This document shows, one piece after another, positions 48,781 through 58,243 of a DNA stretch of 64,000 bases; within the stretch, counting starts at the first letter, position 1; each line of letters opens with the position of its first letter. This DNA comes from Phycisphaerae bacterium. Lineage in GTDB: Bacteria; Planctomycetota; Phycisphaerae; UBA1845. The notes beneath the pieces were generated by a model. The model was not told the origin of the DNA and made no database searches. It saw nothing but the letters and a program-made list of their open reading frames with translations. The DNA is taken from NCBI GenBank assembly GCA_963666835.2, contig CAXXGO010000006.1:1-64000 (forward strand), in the 5' to 3' direction. Made by a program: the position numbers and the translations under genes.

Positions 48781-49866
48781 ATGGAATGTCCACATGAGAA
48801 TTCAGCGCGGGTGGGAGTCCGGGGCCGGCGAATCTGGATTCCGACGCGGCCGCTCCAAGCCGGCCGTGCGGTAATCCTGGGTGGCGGGATCATCGTAACG
48901 TGGGTGACTACCGGCGTGATACTATCGCTAGTTGATGAGTTGCTTTTCGGTGGTTCTCCTGATGATAACTGGCTTCTCCTGTTGTTCTGGTTGGTGTCTG
49001 CGGCCGCACCGGTGGGTTGGACGCTGTTCTACGCGCGCGAGGATCACGAAACCGTGATGCGACCTACGGCCGGACGAACGCAGCGGCTCGCGAAGCTAGC
49101 CGGCGAGAGGAAAACGCTGCGCAGGCTGCCGCACCGCCTGCTGGAGCAGGCGTTAAGGACATTCGGCTTCTCCGAGGCGCGGATGAAGCAGGTGTTCCGC
49201 CAGATTGCCCCCGGCGAACTGGTCGTCGTTGATGGGGTGAGGATTCTAGATTCGCCGAGACCGGCCCGCAGTGACGTGCGTTTTGAACCGGCTGACGTTT
49301 CCGAGGATTCCGATCAACTCTGGGCGTTGATCGCCCACAATGTTGAGCAACAGGGCCTATCGGCGGATGGTTCTGAGGCTGTGCGGCGCGGCTCCGCTGG
49401 TCATAACGAATCCACCCGGGGGCGGGTCGAGATTCGAAAGTGGAGTTCCTTTGGTATGAAAGCGGTGTTAACAGCCTGGATCGTGTCGGTGTATTTCGGA
49501 ATCGGGTGGTCCGGGGCATCGGTGATAGCCGCAGCGGTCTTGGGCGGTCTCGGTGCTGCGTGGCTGTCTTCGACGCTGCGCGCACGGTGTTGGTGGTTGG
49601 TGCCCGGCGGGCTGATCTGCCGGCGACACCACGCGTGGCGCCGCGAACTCAAAGTGTCTCTGTTCACGCCGGCGAACACGCCGCTTCTGCTCAACATGAA
49701 GACGAACTGCGGCATGGTCGTGTGCGGGGGCGAGGTCTGGTCGTTTCCGTTCCATGCGTCGGCCGGTTGGGCCATTATCGCCGGTTGGATCAGTACTTCC
49801 CGACCGACCACGGAACAGGAGGCGCTTGCCTTCGTGGGTTCCGATGCCGTCCCGGTACAGGCCTAA
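48781..49866 (+). CDS. Hypothetical membrane protein (paralog of 39928-41010)
   Basis: Shared blocks RRIWIP, RLPHR, IAPGEL.VVDG, QLW.LIA.N.EQQG, WWLVPGGLI, IIAGWIST, TTEQEALAF. Confidence 0.8.
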   Translation: MECPHENSARVGVRGRRIWIPTRPLQAGRAVILGGGIIVTWVTTGVILSLVDELLFGGSPDDNWLLLLFWLVSAAAPVGWTLFYAREDHETVMRPTAGRTQRLAKLAGERKTLRRLPHRLLEQALRTFGFSEARMKQVFRQIAPGELVVVDGVRILDSPRPARSDVRFEPADVSEDSDQLWALIAHNVEQQGLSADGSEAVRRGSAGHNESTRGRVEIRKWSSFGMKAVLTAWIVSVYFGIGWSGASVIAAAVLGGLGAAWLSSTLRARCWWLVPGGLICRRHHAWRRELKVSLFTPANTPLLLNMKTNCGMVVCGGEVWSFPFHASAGWAIIAGWISTSRPTTEQEALAFVGSDAVPVQA

Positions 49867-49910
49867 CCGAGCCGGATGCCGAAGATAGAAGCCAGCTTGC
49901 AACCGTAATA

Positions 49911-50206
49911 GCGCAGCCTTGTAGGGCAGGTCGAAGCATGAGACCTGCCACAACGGCGACCATCGTGCGAAGACCACGGCAGGTCTCGTTCCTCGACGCT
50001 GCCCTACACCCGGGGTAACCGAGTCGAATGCCGGAAACGGCGACCGAGACGGTAGGGTGCGGCCCGGTCGCACCTCTTCTCTTCATGGCCACGCAAGCGT
50101 GGTACCCGGCGCAGCCTTGTAGGGCAGGTCGAAGCATGAGACCTGCCACAACGGCGACCATCGTGCGAAGACCACGGCAGGTCTCGTTCCTCGACGCTGC
50201 CCTACA
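49911..50206. repeat. 98-bp direct repeat (49911-50008 / 50109-50206), each an inverted REP pair
   Basis: Two apparently identical units, offset 198 bp. Confidence 0.9.
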
Positions 50207-50228
50207 AGAGGCCTTACGAGGCAAAAGC

Positions 50229-51575
50229 CTAACCTAGTCGAATGCCGAAGACGGCGACCAGTTTGCGGCCGTAGTGGCGCAGGCGGTGGAGCCAGAGGCG
50301 GTTGAGTAGCCGGCGGGCCTGTTCGTTGTGCGGGTCAAAGCGCAAAGCGCGGCGGAGCATGGTCTTGGCATCATACCATTGCGCGATTTGAACGTGAGCG
50401 ACGGCCGCATTATGCATGGCCACCACGTAATCCGGACGAAGCCGGATCGCGTCCAGACAATGCTCCAACCCGGCGTCGAATTGGTTCATCCTGAACAAGC
50501 AGACGCCCAGGTTATGATGGGCGTGGGGGCGCCGCGCGTCCTTAGCCAGGACCTTACGGAAAACGTCCGCGGCCTCGGAAATCTCGTCCGCCGCCAGCAG
50601 ACAGTCACCCAACAGCATAAGTACGTCCGGGTCGGAGTCGCTTGCCTCGACGGCACAGCGCAGGTGATCGCAGGCCTCGGAGAAACGTCGAAGCTGGAAT
50701 AGCGCCTCGCCCATTCGCAAATCGTATTCCGGGACTTCGTTACGATAGCCCGGGTGGCGTCCGATGCGCTTGATGCACTCGAGGGCTTGCGCGGGCTGCC
50801 CGCGGCGCAAAAGAATCTTGCCGAGCGCTAAACGAGCCCGAGCATGCGACGGTTCGAGTTCCAGGATCTGTGCGAGCTTAGCGGCGGCCGTCGCCGTTTG
50901 TCCCGATTCGAGAGTCAACTCGGCGAACTCGAAGAGCAAATCGGTATTGCCGGCGTCTTCGCGTACCTCGCGAAGGTAGTACTCCCGGGCACGGTCCAAC
51001 TTACCCTGCGCTCGATAGGCCCGCGCAATCCGCCGGTTCACGCCAAGGTAGTCCGGATCCAGCTCGAGCACCCGCCGCCAGCAGAAAACCGCCCGCCGGT
51101 GCTGACCCCGAGCCGCCAAAGACGCGCCGACATGGAAGAAGCAGTGCGGACACTCTTCGGTCAGTTCCTGGGCGAGGTAGAACATCTCCTCGGCCTGATC
51201 ATGCCGGCCGAGCTCCGCGTAAATGTGGATCCGATTGCAGTACGCCGGCTCGAAGTCGGGATAAGTCCGGGCAAGCCCTTCGAATACCTCCAAAGCGCGC
51301 GCGAAACGTTCTTGGCGGGCAAGAGTCACTCCGAATGCCGCGGCCACGTCACGATCGTCCGGATCGATCTTCAGGGCCTGCTCGTAGGCCTCCGCCGCCT
51401 CGGCGATTCGCCCCAGCTCTTCCAGGATGCAACCGCGGTGGGCATGCCACGCGGCATTATGCGGGTTGATGGACAGCGCCACGTCGATCTCGGCCAGCGC
51501 TTCCACCCACTGCATAGACTCCGAGAGCTGTTGCGCTCGTTCTACTCTCTGCTCTGCCTCAAACCAGTCGTTCAT
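50229..51575 (-). CDS. Tetratricopeptide-repeat protein
   Basis: Many TPR-like units (AL.I.P, AH.NLG); start MNDWFEAE. Confidence 0.9.
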   Translation of the reverse strand: MNDWFEAEQRVERAQQLSESMQWVEALAEIDVALSINPHNAAWHAHRGCILEELGRIAEAAEAYEQALKIDPDDRDVAAAFGVTLARQERFARALEVFEGLARTYPDFEPAYCNRIHIYAELGRHDQAEEMFYLAQELTEECPHCFFHVGASLAARGQHRRAVFCWRRVLELDPDYLGVNRRIARAYRAQGKLDRAREYYLREVREDAGNTDLLFEFAELTLESGQTATAAAKLAQILELEPSHARARLALGKILLRRGQPAQALECIKRIGRHPGYRNEVPEYDLRMGEALFQLRRFSEACDHLRCAVEASDSDPDVLMLLGDCLLAADEISEAADVFRKVLAKDARRPHAHHNLGVCLFRMNQFDAGLEHCLDAIRLRPDYVVAMHNAAVAHVQIAQWYDAKTMLRRALRFDPHNEQARRLLNRLWLHRLRHYGRKLVAVFGIRLG

Positions 51576-51935
51576 CGGTTGTCGTTTTGCCTGTATCTCG
51601 GCGCAAGCCGATTCCCCCAGATGCCACCGTCTAATTCTACCCCCCTTATCGGACAAGGGCAACAAAAATCGGAGCATCGAGCCGCCCAACCGGCGCAAGC
51701 GCGGGAAAGCCTGAAAACAGGCGCAAACCTCGGGGTATAGAGGCGCAGGAGCCTGCCAACGGGATCGCCTGACGCCGGGTTATCGCCCCTATAGGCAGGC
51801 ATGACCGGCCGAACTGGGATCATCAACGGCGTGTGTCAAAATAAGACATCGAGAAGGGCGGGGGGGGGTAAGACCGGCACGTCCCGGACTCGGTTGGAAA
51901 CCGAGCCCGGGACGAATCCGGTCGAGCGTGTAGCG

Positions 51936-52967
51936 TCAGAACGACCAGCCGATGGACATTCCGCCGTAGAACTCATCCTGAATGACGCCGTTGTCTTCCA
52001 TATTGCCCACGGCATCGCAGAAGTAGAGGAAGCCCGAGAGCGACACGGAGCCCCAACCGTCTGGAATCCGCAGGGCCTCGGTCAGGTCATAGGTCATGTC
52101 CAGACCCCACAACATTCCCGCGATCCGCGTGCTGTGGTCACGGACTCCACCGAAGTAATGCGTGAAGCCGTGATCAATACACAACGTCCAACTGGGCGTG
52201 ATCGTGAAGTCCGGCGCAACCTCAAACGGGTGGTTCAGACCGAAGGTCATGAACATTGAGCTGCCGGCGCCGAGCGCGACATCCTGATAGAAACCGAAGC
52301 TCGGATTGAGAACTCCGGCTTCGTTGTCGGGCCACAGCCCCTTCCACAACCACGCATCGTTATGCGCCAGGGAGAACCACCACTCCTGGGTGTTCGCCTG
52401 TTTGGCGTTGGGGAAAGTGTAGAAAATGTAGCCGAGCGAGAAGGTGGTGGCGATGGATTCGATGTCGTACGACCAGGTGAGATTGTAATCAACCTCCTGC
52501 AGATTCTGCCCCCCGCCGTCGGGGTTCAGCTTCTTCTGGTCTCCATACCACTCGAACCACGTCCCCACCTTGAACGTACCCAAGCTGCCGGCTTCGCGAT
52601 CGAAGAGCAGCCCGAGATCCACGCCTACCGACACATCCAACTGATGGTTGGGTTTCTCGCGTCCTTCTCCGCGATACTCGGAGAGGTTGATCCCGCGCCA
52701 AACGTAATCCGAATACAGTGCGTAGCTGATGTTGAAGCTCATCAGCTTGCCAGTCGACTCCTCGGCGATTGTGATATCAGTCCGTTCGGAGACCGGGTCA
52801 TCTTGCATCGACATTAGGGCCACGCCGCCCACGGCAGTCAGGTCTTCTTGGACGGTAACAGGCCTAAGTGTCAGCGACGAGTCATCAGCCGCGGCGACAC
52901 CCACCGCCAGCGACAGCATGACGACCACGCCGACGCCCCGGCTCCAGAACTGGGAGCGTGCAAACAT
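51936..52967 (-). CDS. Outer-membrane beta-barrel, TorF-like putative porin
   Basis: AGGAG RBS, signal peptide, SDYVWRG motif, EVDY, terminal GMSIGWSF beta-signal. Confidence 0.75.
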   Translation of the reverse strand: MFARSQFWSRGVGVVVMLSLAVGVAAADDSSLTLRPVTVQEDLTAVGGVALMSMQDDPVSERTDITIAEESTGKLMSFNISYALYSDYVWRGINLSEYRGEGREKPNHQLDVSVGVDLGLLFDREAGSLGTFKVGTWFEWYGDQKKLNPDGGGQNLQEVDYNLTWSYDIESIATTFSLGYIFYTFPNAKQANTQEWWFSLAHNDAWLWKGLWPDNEAGVLNPSFGFYQDVALGAGSSMFMTFGLNHPFEVAPDFTITPSWTLCIDHGFTHYFGGVRDHSTRIAGMLWGLDMTYDLTEALRIPDGWGSVSLSGFLYFCDAVGNMEDNGVIQDEFYGGMSIGWSF

Positions 52968-53024
52968 ACTTTATCTCCTTTTGGCACGACGTCCCTGAAT
53001 TACCAGCGCATCTGCCAATGCCGA

Positions 53025-53219
53025 TTAGTCATCCGGGTTCACAAGCTGTTCCACCTGGACCATCACGTAACCATCAACTACCGCCTCGACCGTGGAGTTG
53101 AGGATGTTTCCCCAGGCGTTCACCCAGAAGTCATCCGGCAGGCAGGCCCCGCTCCCGAGTAGCATGCCTCCGCTGAGCGCCAACGCAGCACATTTCGTGC
53201 GAGTTTTCTTCGTCTTCAT
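53025..53219 (-). CDS. Small lipoprotein-like protein (64 aa)
   Basis: AGGAG RBS, Lys-rich N-terminus, hydrophobic core, GSGA-C, 39-aa mature part ending in PDD. Confidence 0.7.
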   Translation of the reverse strand: MKTKKTRTKCAALALSGGMLLGSGACLPDDFWVNAWGNILNSTVEAVVDGYVMVQVEQLVNPDD

Positions 53220-53804
53220 TTGAGCAATCTCCTAACCAAAGAAGGAAAGACAGGCCTCTTGTCGAACTGCTTGAATAGCACCTGCTCCGTCCCCGTTGAC
53301 CGTCGGGCACACGGATCCTGCCAAGAAGCCAAGATTCTTCCTTATCGTACATATGCCGATCGCCTCATCACTAAGTGTCCGAGAAAAATCGAAGGCTCCA
53401 TCGGCGAAAACCGTAACAACCCGGTCCAGCGGCCTTCAAGAGGTCACGCCGATTACCGTCGACGGTGCTCTCACATACGGGCGCGCTGCCGGAACAGAAC
53501 GCCCGCAAAGAGCTCGCCAAGACAACGCCTCGCAAACGCCACCTTTGCATGCTCAGGCGACCCGTGACCTGCACACCAGTCAGGCGGCCGGCCTCTCTTT
53601 ATAAAGTATCGCCCATCGACTAACTGACGTGACACCGGTCCTCCAAAACCGGTGCTGCCCGCCAATCGGCCCTTGTGTCCGGCGCATGGCACGAGGGAAC
53701 GGCGTCTGCCGAATGACCGAATCGCGGGTGGGAATAACCCGCGGATTCCGGGATCGGCCCCCTCCCTGTCCGGCATTCTAGTGAACACCCCATTACAGGC
53801 GTGC

Positions 53805-53832
53805 TAAACCGAGTAGATGTGAACGCCGAGTT
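53805..53832 (+). promoter_or_regulatory. Possible sigma28-type promoter upstream of cheW
   Basis: TAAA-N16-GCCGAGTT, a partial match to TAAA-N15/16-GCCGATAA. Confidence 0.25.
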
Positions 53833-54048
53833 AACTGAAATACTGGTACCGGTATCGAATCGACCGGATTCCGACAATGTTCTCCGAACCGCTCGGAGGT
53901 TGCGCCGATTCTGGGTGACCAAGAGCTCGGCCAATGAAAAGCTGGTTCGGGAGGCCGGACGTAGGTTAGCACGGGGCCGCGCACCGCGGGCGGATACCCG
54001 CTCGCAACGAACGCGGTTCGTTCGAAACTGCTGGAAAGGCGGAAACAA

Positions 54049-54618
54049 ATGAGCACAGACGTGATGGAAAGGCCTCAGACTAGTACGACTTCTGCGGAGC
54101 GGAACTCCAACGACCTGGGCGGGAAGTACCTGACCTTCCAGTTGTCCAACGAGGAATACGGGGTCGAGATCCTCAAGGTCCGCGAGATCATCGGGGTAAT
54201 GGACATCACGGCCGTGCCCCAAATGCCCATCTACATGAAGGGTGTCATCAACCTCCGCGGCAAGGTCATTCCGGTTGTTGACCTTCGGCTGAAGTTTGGG
54301 CTTCCGGAGGCGGAGCACACTGAGGAGACATGCATCATCGTCGTCGATGTGGGCAAGGAAGTCGGGATTATCGTGGATACGGTTTCCGAGGTGTTGGATG
54401 TTATTAACGAGAACATCGAGCCTGCCCCGGCCATGGGCGGGTCGGTGGACACGGCATTCATCCTCGGGATGGGCAAGGTGGGCGAGGACGTCAAGATTCT
54501 CCTCGACATTGACCGAGTCCTGACCACAGACGAATTGGCGCGCGTGGCGTCTCTTACCGATACGGATGACCTGGAGGAGTCCGAGGGCCTCGTCGACGAG
54601 GGCACGCCGGGAGCCTGA
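54049..54618 (+). CDS. cheW: Chemotaxis coupling protein CheW
   Basis: KYLTF, YGVEILKVREII, GVINLRGKVIPVVDLR, GIIVD.VSEV. Confidence 0.96.
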   Translation: MSTDVMERPQTSTTSAERNSNDLGGKYLTFQLSNEEYGVEILKVREIIGVMDITAVPQMPIYMKGVINLRGKVIPVVDLRLKFGLPEAEHTEETCIIVVDVGKEVGIIVDTVSEVLDVINENIEPAPAMGGSVDTAFILGMGKVGEDVKILLDIDRVLTTDELARVASLTDTDDLEESEGLVDEGTPGA

Positions 54619-54841
54619 GCCGGGGCGACGGCGGAACTTGGCTCGTCCACCTCACGGGCGACACGTATAAGCCTGCCTGCCCGCAACGCAGTCGCGGGAC
54701 GCGGAGACGTTCTTGCGCCGGCGGCACGATTCCGGTGCTTCAAAAGTGGGGCAACGGTCTGACTACGACTGTCCCAATCTCGCCCAAGACGCAATGCGAC
54801 CCGCTTGACCGAGTTCGGGGCGGCGTATTATCCTCCGGGGT

Positions 54842-55435
54842 ATGATCCGCAAGCTGGTATTCTCAATGGTCGTCGTGGGCAGCGCGTTGATTACGGGTTG
54901 CTTCTCTCCGCAGCGCACCGATTACGCTGTTGCGCAGCAGATCGGAATCGCCTCTGATTCACCGCAGGCTGATCAGCTTTGGGAGGTGGTTCAGGACACG
55001 CTCCGTCGACACCGATTTCGTCTTGACCGGGTGGACCGGCGGGCCGGCGTGATAACGACGATTCCGGAAACCTCTCAGCACTTCTTCGAGTTCTGGCGAC
55101 ATGACGTAGACACATGGTCCGACCTGTGGGAGGCGACCTTGAACCCGATCCGCCGGAGAGCGGAAGTATCGCTGACGGCAAACGAAGACGAACAGGCTTG
55201 GGAGCAGATCTGTGTTGTGGTCCACAAGGAGCAGCTCTCATCGCCTGACCGGCAATTCAATAGTACCGGCGCCGCTTACCAGTTCTTCGGCGATAGCCTT
55301 CCCTCGACAACGGGACTGGCGCGGGTTACGGCGGAACACGACCGGTGGCTGGACGTGGGCCGCGACGCCGCGATGGAGGACCGCCTGCTGCGCTTGATGC
55401 TCGCCGGCGCAGGGCTGACCGCTCCCGAGGGATAG
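54842..55435 (+). CDS. Hypothetical lipoprotein
   Basis: ITG-C lipobox; upstream TTGACC-N18-TATCCT ends 7 nt before the ATG (possible leaderless mRNA). Confidence 0.75.
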   Translation: MIRKLVFSMVVVGSALITGCFSPQRTDYAVAQQIGIASDSPQADQLWEVVQDTLRRHRFRLDRVDRRAGVITTIPETSQHFFEFWRHDVDTWSDLWEATLNPIRRRAEVSLTANEDEQAWEQICVVVHKEQLSSPDRQFNSTGAAYQFFGDSLPSTTGLARVTAEHDRWLDVGRDAAMEDRLLRLMLAGAGLTAPEG

Positions 55436-55524
55436 TCCGGGCTTGAGCAAGAAGCACCGCGGGCCGGTTAATCCGGCGTCTTAGTCCGACGGGTACAGCG
55501 GCGGTGGCTTGAGGGTCGTGCCCT

Positions 55525-56721
55525 ATGCCGACGAGGAGTAGCCTCATGCCGTGGGTTCTACCTGCAGCCGTGCTCGTTTTGCTTGTCGGTCCGGAGGAGT
55601 CCGGCCTGCCCGAAGCGCACAACCCCACCGCGCACGATATCGCAGTCTCGGCCGCCGTGGCCATCCTCCCCGACCCCCTCGGTTCGTTCTTCGAATCCAA
55701 CCAGGCCGAGTTGACGGAATACGCCGGTGGTGCCCGGCGGACGGCCGATTCGAAGCACGGGCCGCGCGACCGAGCGGAATGGCACTATCTTATGTTGGAT
55801 GTAGGGGCGGTCGGCACCGACTGGGCAGCTCGGCACGCCGCTGCCCGGGAGTTTCCAATCCACCGCGCCGCTGCGCGGACGCTCTTTGAACAACACGGGA
55901 TTACTGCGGGGGGTAAGCTCCCTTGGGTGCTCAAAGATCACCATCATGATCTGGTTCGGGCGTTTGAGCGCGGCGACGAGCAGGCAGTTTTACGTGAAGC
56001 CGGCGTGACGCTGGGTCTGGCCGTGGATGCCGCATTGCCGTTCAACTCGACCGCCGACCAAGATGGTGTTCAAGAGGGACATCTGAAATGGGAGGCTTCT
56101 GGGGCGTCCCCCGAGGCGGGGCGGCATCGAACGCCCCGGCAGCGCCTCCAAGGTGAGCTTCTAAGGCGGTTTAAGATGCGTTTGGAGTACGAAGTACGCG
56201 TCTGGCCCGCGCGAATCGGCCGAATCGACCGACCAACGGAAGCGGCGTTCGAGGTGCTTCGAGAATCTCACGCATGCCTGGCGGACCTGCTGGCGATAGA
56301 CGCGGAGTCCGTTGCGCGGGCCGGAGCCACGGATGCGCACTCGTTCCTGGCGGCCTCCAATTGCTACTACGACCGCTTGGGCAAGTTTGCGCTGCCCATT
56401 ATGGAATCACGTTTGGAGGCTGCCGCGTTGCTCGGGGCGGGGCTGGTTAGATCGGCATGGGAGGCGGCGAACCGCCCGGATTGGCCCCCGCGTCAGGTGG
56501 AACCGCAGGCGGAGAGCGCCCAGCCTGCGCCGTCTCCGGCAGTCCAGTACATCGGCAGCCGCAATTCGCTGGTCGTCCATCGGGCCGGCTGTCCCCACGT
56601 TGCCCGGATCAAACCCGAGAATCGGATTGTCTTCCGGACATTTGCGGAGGCCTCAGCGGCAGGGAGGATCCCCTGCAAGGTATGCAAGCCGGACGCGCCG
56701 GAGCCTCCGGACAAACCCTAA
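55525..56721 (+). CDS. Secreted degenerate Zn-PLC/S1-P1-like domain fused to an Ada-type metal-binding domain
   Basis: WHYLMLD, GKLPW and DAALPFNST..DG resemble the PLC/P1 family; C-terminal YIGSRNS..HRAGC...GRIPCKVCKP. Confidence 0.65.
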   Translation: MPTRSSLMPWVLPAAVLVLLVGPEESGLPEAHNPTAHDIAVSAAVAILPDPLGSFFESNQAELTEYAGGARRTADSKHGPRDRAEWHYLMLDVGAVGTDWAARHAAAREFPIHRAAARTLFEQHGITAGGKLPWVLKDHHHDLVRAFERGDEQAVLREAGVTLGLAVDAALPFNSTADQDGVQEGHLKWEASGASPEAGRHRTPRQRLQGELLRRFKMRLEYEVRVWPARIGRIDRPTEAAFEVLRESHACLADLLAIDAESVARAGATDAHSFLAASNCYYDRLGKFALPIMESRLEAAALLGAGLVRSAWEAANRPDWPPRQVEPQAESAQPAPSPAVQYIGSRNSLVVHRAGCPHVARIKPENRIVFRTFAEASAAGRIPCKVCKPDAPEPPDKP

Positions 56722-56748
56722 TAGCCCAGTTTGCCCCATTCATCGCGT

Positions 56749-56791
56749 AAAAAAGATGGAAGGTGCCATCGTGGCGTCTGGCACCCTCCAT
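56749..56791 (-). terminator. Intrinsic terminator downstream of the histone-like gene
   Basis: Stem ATGGAAGGTGCCA / TGGCACCCTCCAT followed by a T6 run on the minus strand. Confidence 0.65.
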
Positions 56792-56903
56792 TCCAGTGAT
56801 GTCCTTAGTTGAACGTCAACGCGACTACGAAACCTCGCCGACCGCCGTGGCGTAAGCCGGCCGGCGCTGGGCCTCTCGCATCGACAGGCAAGGCATCTAC
56901 TTT

Positions 56904-57119
56904 CTACAATGCACTCTTCTTTGCGGTTCTCTTCTTGGCTTTCTTCTTGGCGGTCTTCTTCTTGGCTACCTTTTTCTTGGCAACTTTCTTCTTAGCTACC
57001 TTCTTCTTGGCAACCTTCTTCTTCGCTACTTTCTTCTTGGCAACTTTCTTCTTAGCTACCTTCTTCTTCGCTGTCTTCTTCTTGACAGTCTTCTTGGCCA
57101 CTTTGCGTTTCTTCGCCAT
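56904..57119 (-). CDS. Histone H1-like Lys/Ala-rich nucleoid protein
   Basis: AGGAGGTG RBS; seven consecutive KKKVA repeats with synonymous codon variation; own terminator. Confidence 0.85.
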   Translation of the reverse strand: MAKKRKVAKKTVKKKTAKKKVAKKKVAKKKVAKKKVAKKKVAKKKVAKKKVAKKKTAKKKAKKRTAKKSAL

Positions 57120-58243
57120 GCACATCACCTCCTTTCTTAACAAAATCCTACACTATCGTTGCGACGTGTCAAAAAGAAATTGCCGCTTGCTGCTCCTGGT
57201 CGGTTGTCACCGCGATACCCGCAAGCAAGGTCTCCATCGGTTGATCCTAAGTCAATCGGAGCCGTCAGAGCCGGACAACGACGCACATCTGTCATGACAT
57301 GATAACGGCACTTGCGCTTGACTCGAAGCCGTCCCGCGGCGTCGCGCCTAAGTGCTAATGCCCGATCGGACAGGTAGCGGCCGGGCCGAAACGCACTGCC
57401 GGACGCCCTCGGATTCCGAATCACGGCGAGCCTCATCCGGACGGCCCCTCTTCGAAAAATCGTCAAAAACAACGAGAAAAACCAGCATCCGACAGCCCGG
57501 CTTCCGGAATGCCTCACCCCCTTCCGGAGCACTCTCCCCGCTGCCCGGGTGCGGCGCGGTCACGATCGTCTCATCACACAACATCCGCCGATACGGTGTG
57601 CCACTATTGTGACAGTATGCCACACTTCCGTCATCTCTGGAACTGGTATGCGGTCGTGGATCCGCGGATCGGATCGCCTTCGGGACCGGTTGCGAAACGT
57701 TGCAATCGGCTCCCAAATACGCCATCCGAAACCACGAAAAAAATTTGAAAATTTTTTCGATTTTTCCCTTGCACCCGCGCAGAATCCGCCCCTCGTTGAA
57801 GCGTTTGGTGCAGACGTCCGCATGTAAGAGCGGGGGTCCGTCCCGGTGCCGCGGGGCGTCACAAGCTCCGTTTCGGGTCGTTGCGGACGAGTGCAAACGG
57901 TGAAAGAAAGCGCAAGCCCGATCGATACTCCCGTGGACCGGCGGCACCTCACCGCCGTTTCGCGCCGCCGGTCAATCGCCACGCCGCCGGTGCCGCATCG
58001 GCCCAACCAACGCGGGCGTCCAGTAGCGCAGACCTCCCGTAGCGCAGACATCCTGTCTGCAGACGGCGCGACACGGCGTTTTAGTGACGCGGCAAGTTCA
58101 CTCGGGAGGCGATAGCGGTCGGTCGGATGTCGCGCAGGGCGAACGGCTTGCCGGTACACTGACCTTACAATGGGAAAAGAGCACCCGGAGGCGCGGAAAA
58201 CACCCCAAGGATAATCCGGAGGCAACTAAACGAATTTGCCGGC

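Noticed and set aside
53920..54005. Possible c-di-GMP riboswitch upstream of cheW
   Set aside because: Only a loose resemblance; the conserved GCAAA...GAAA...ACGCAAAG core cannot be matched. An Rfam scan would settle it
56809..57297. Plus-strand ORF with FFLAT repeats resembling a membrane protein
   Set aside because: It is the antisense shadow of the KKKVA gene, which has the RBS and terminator
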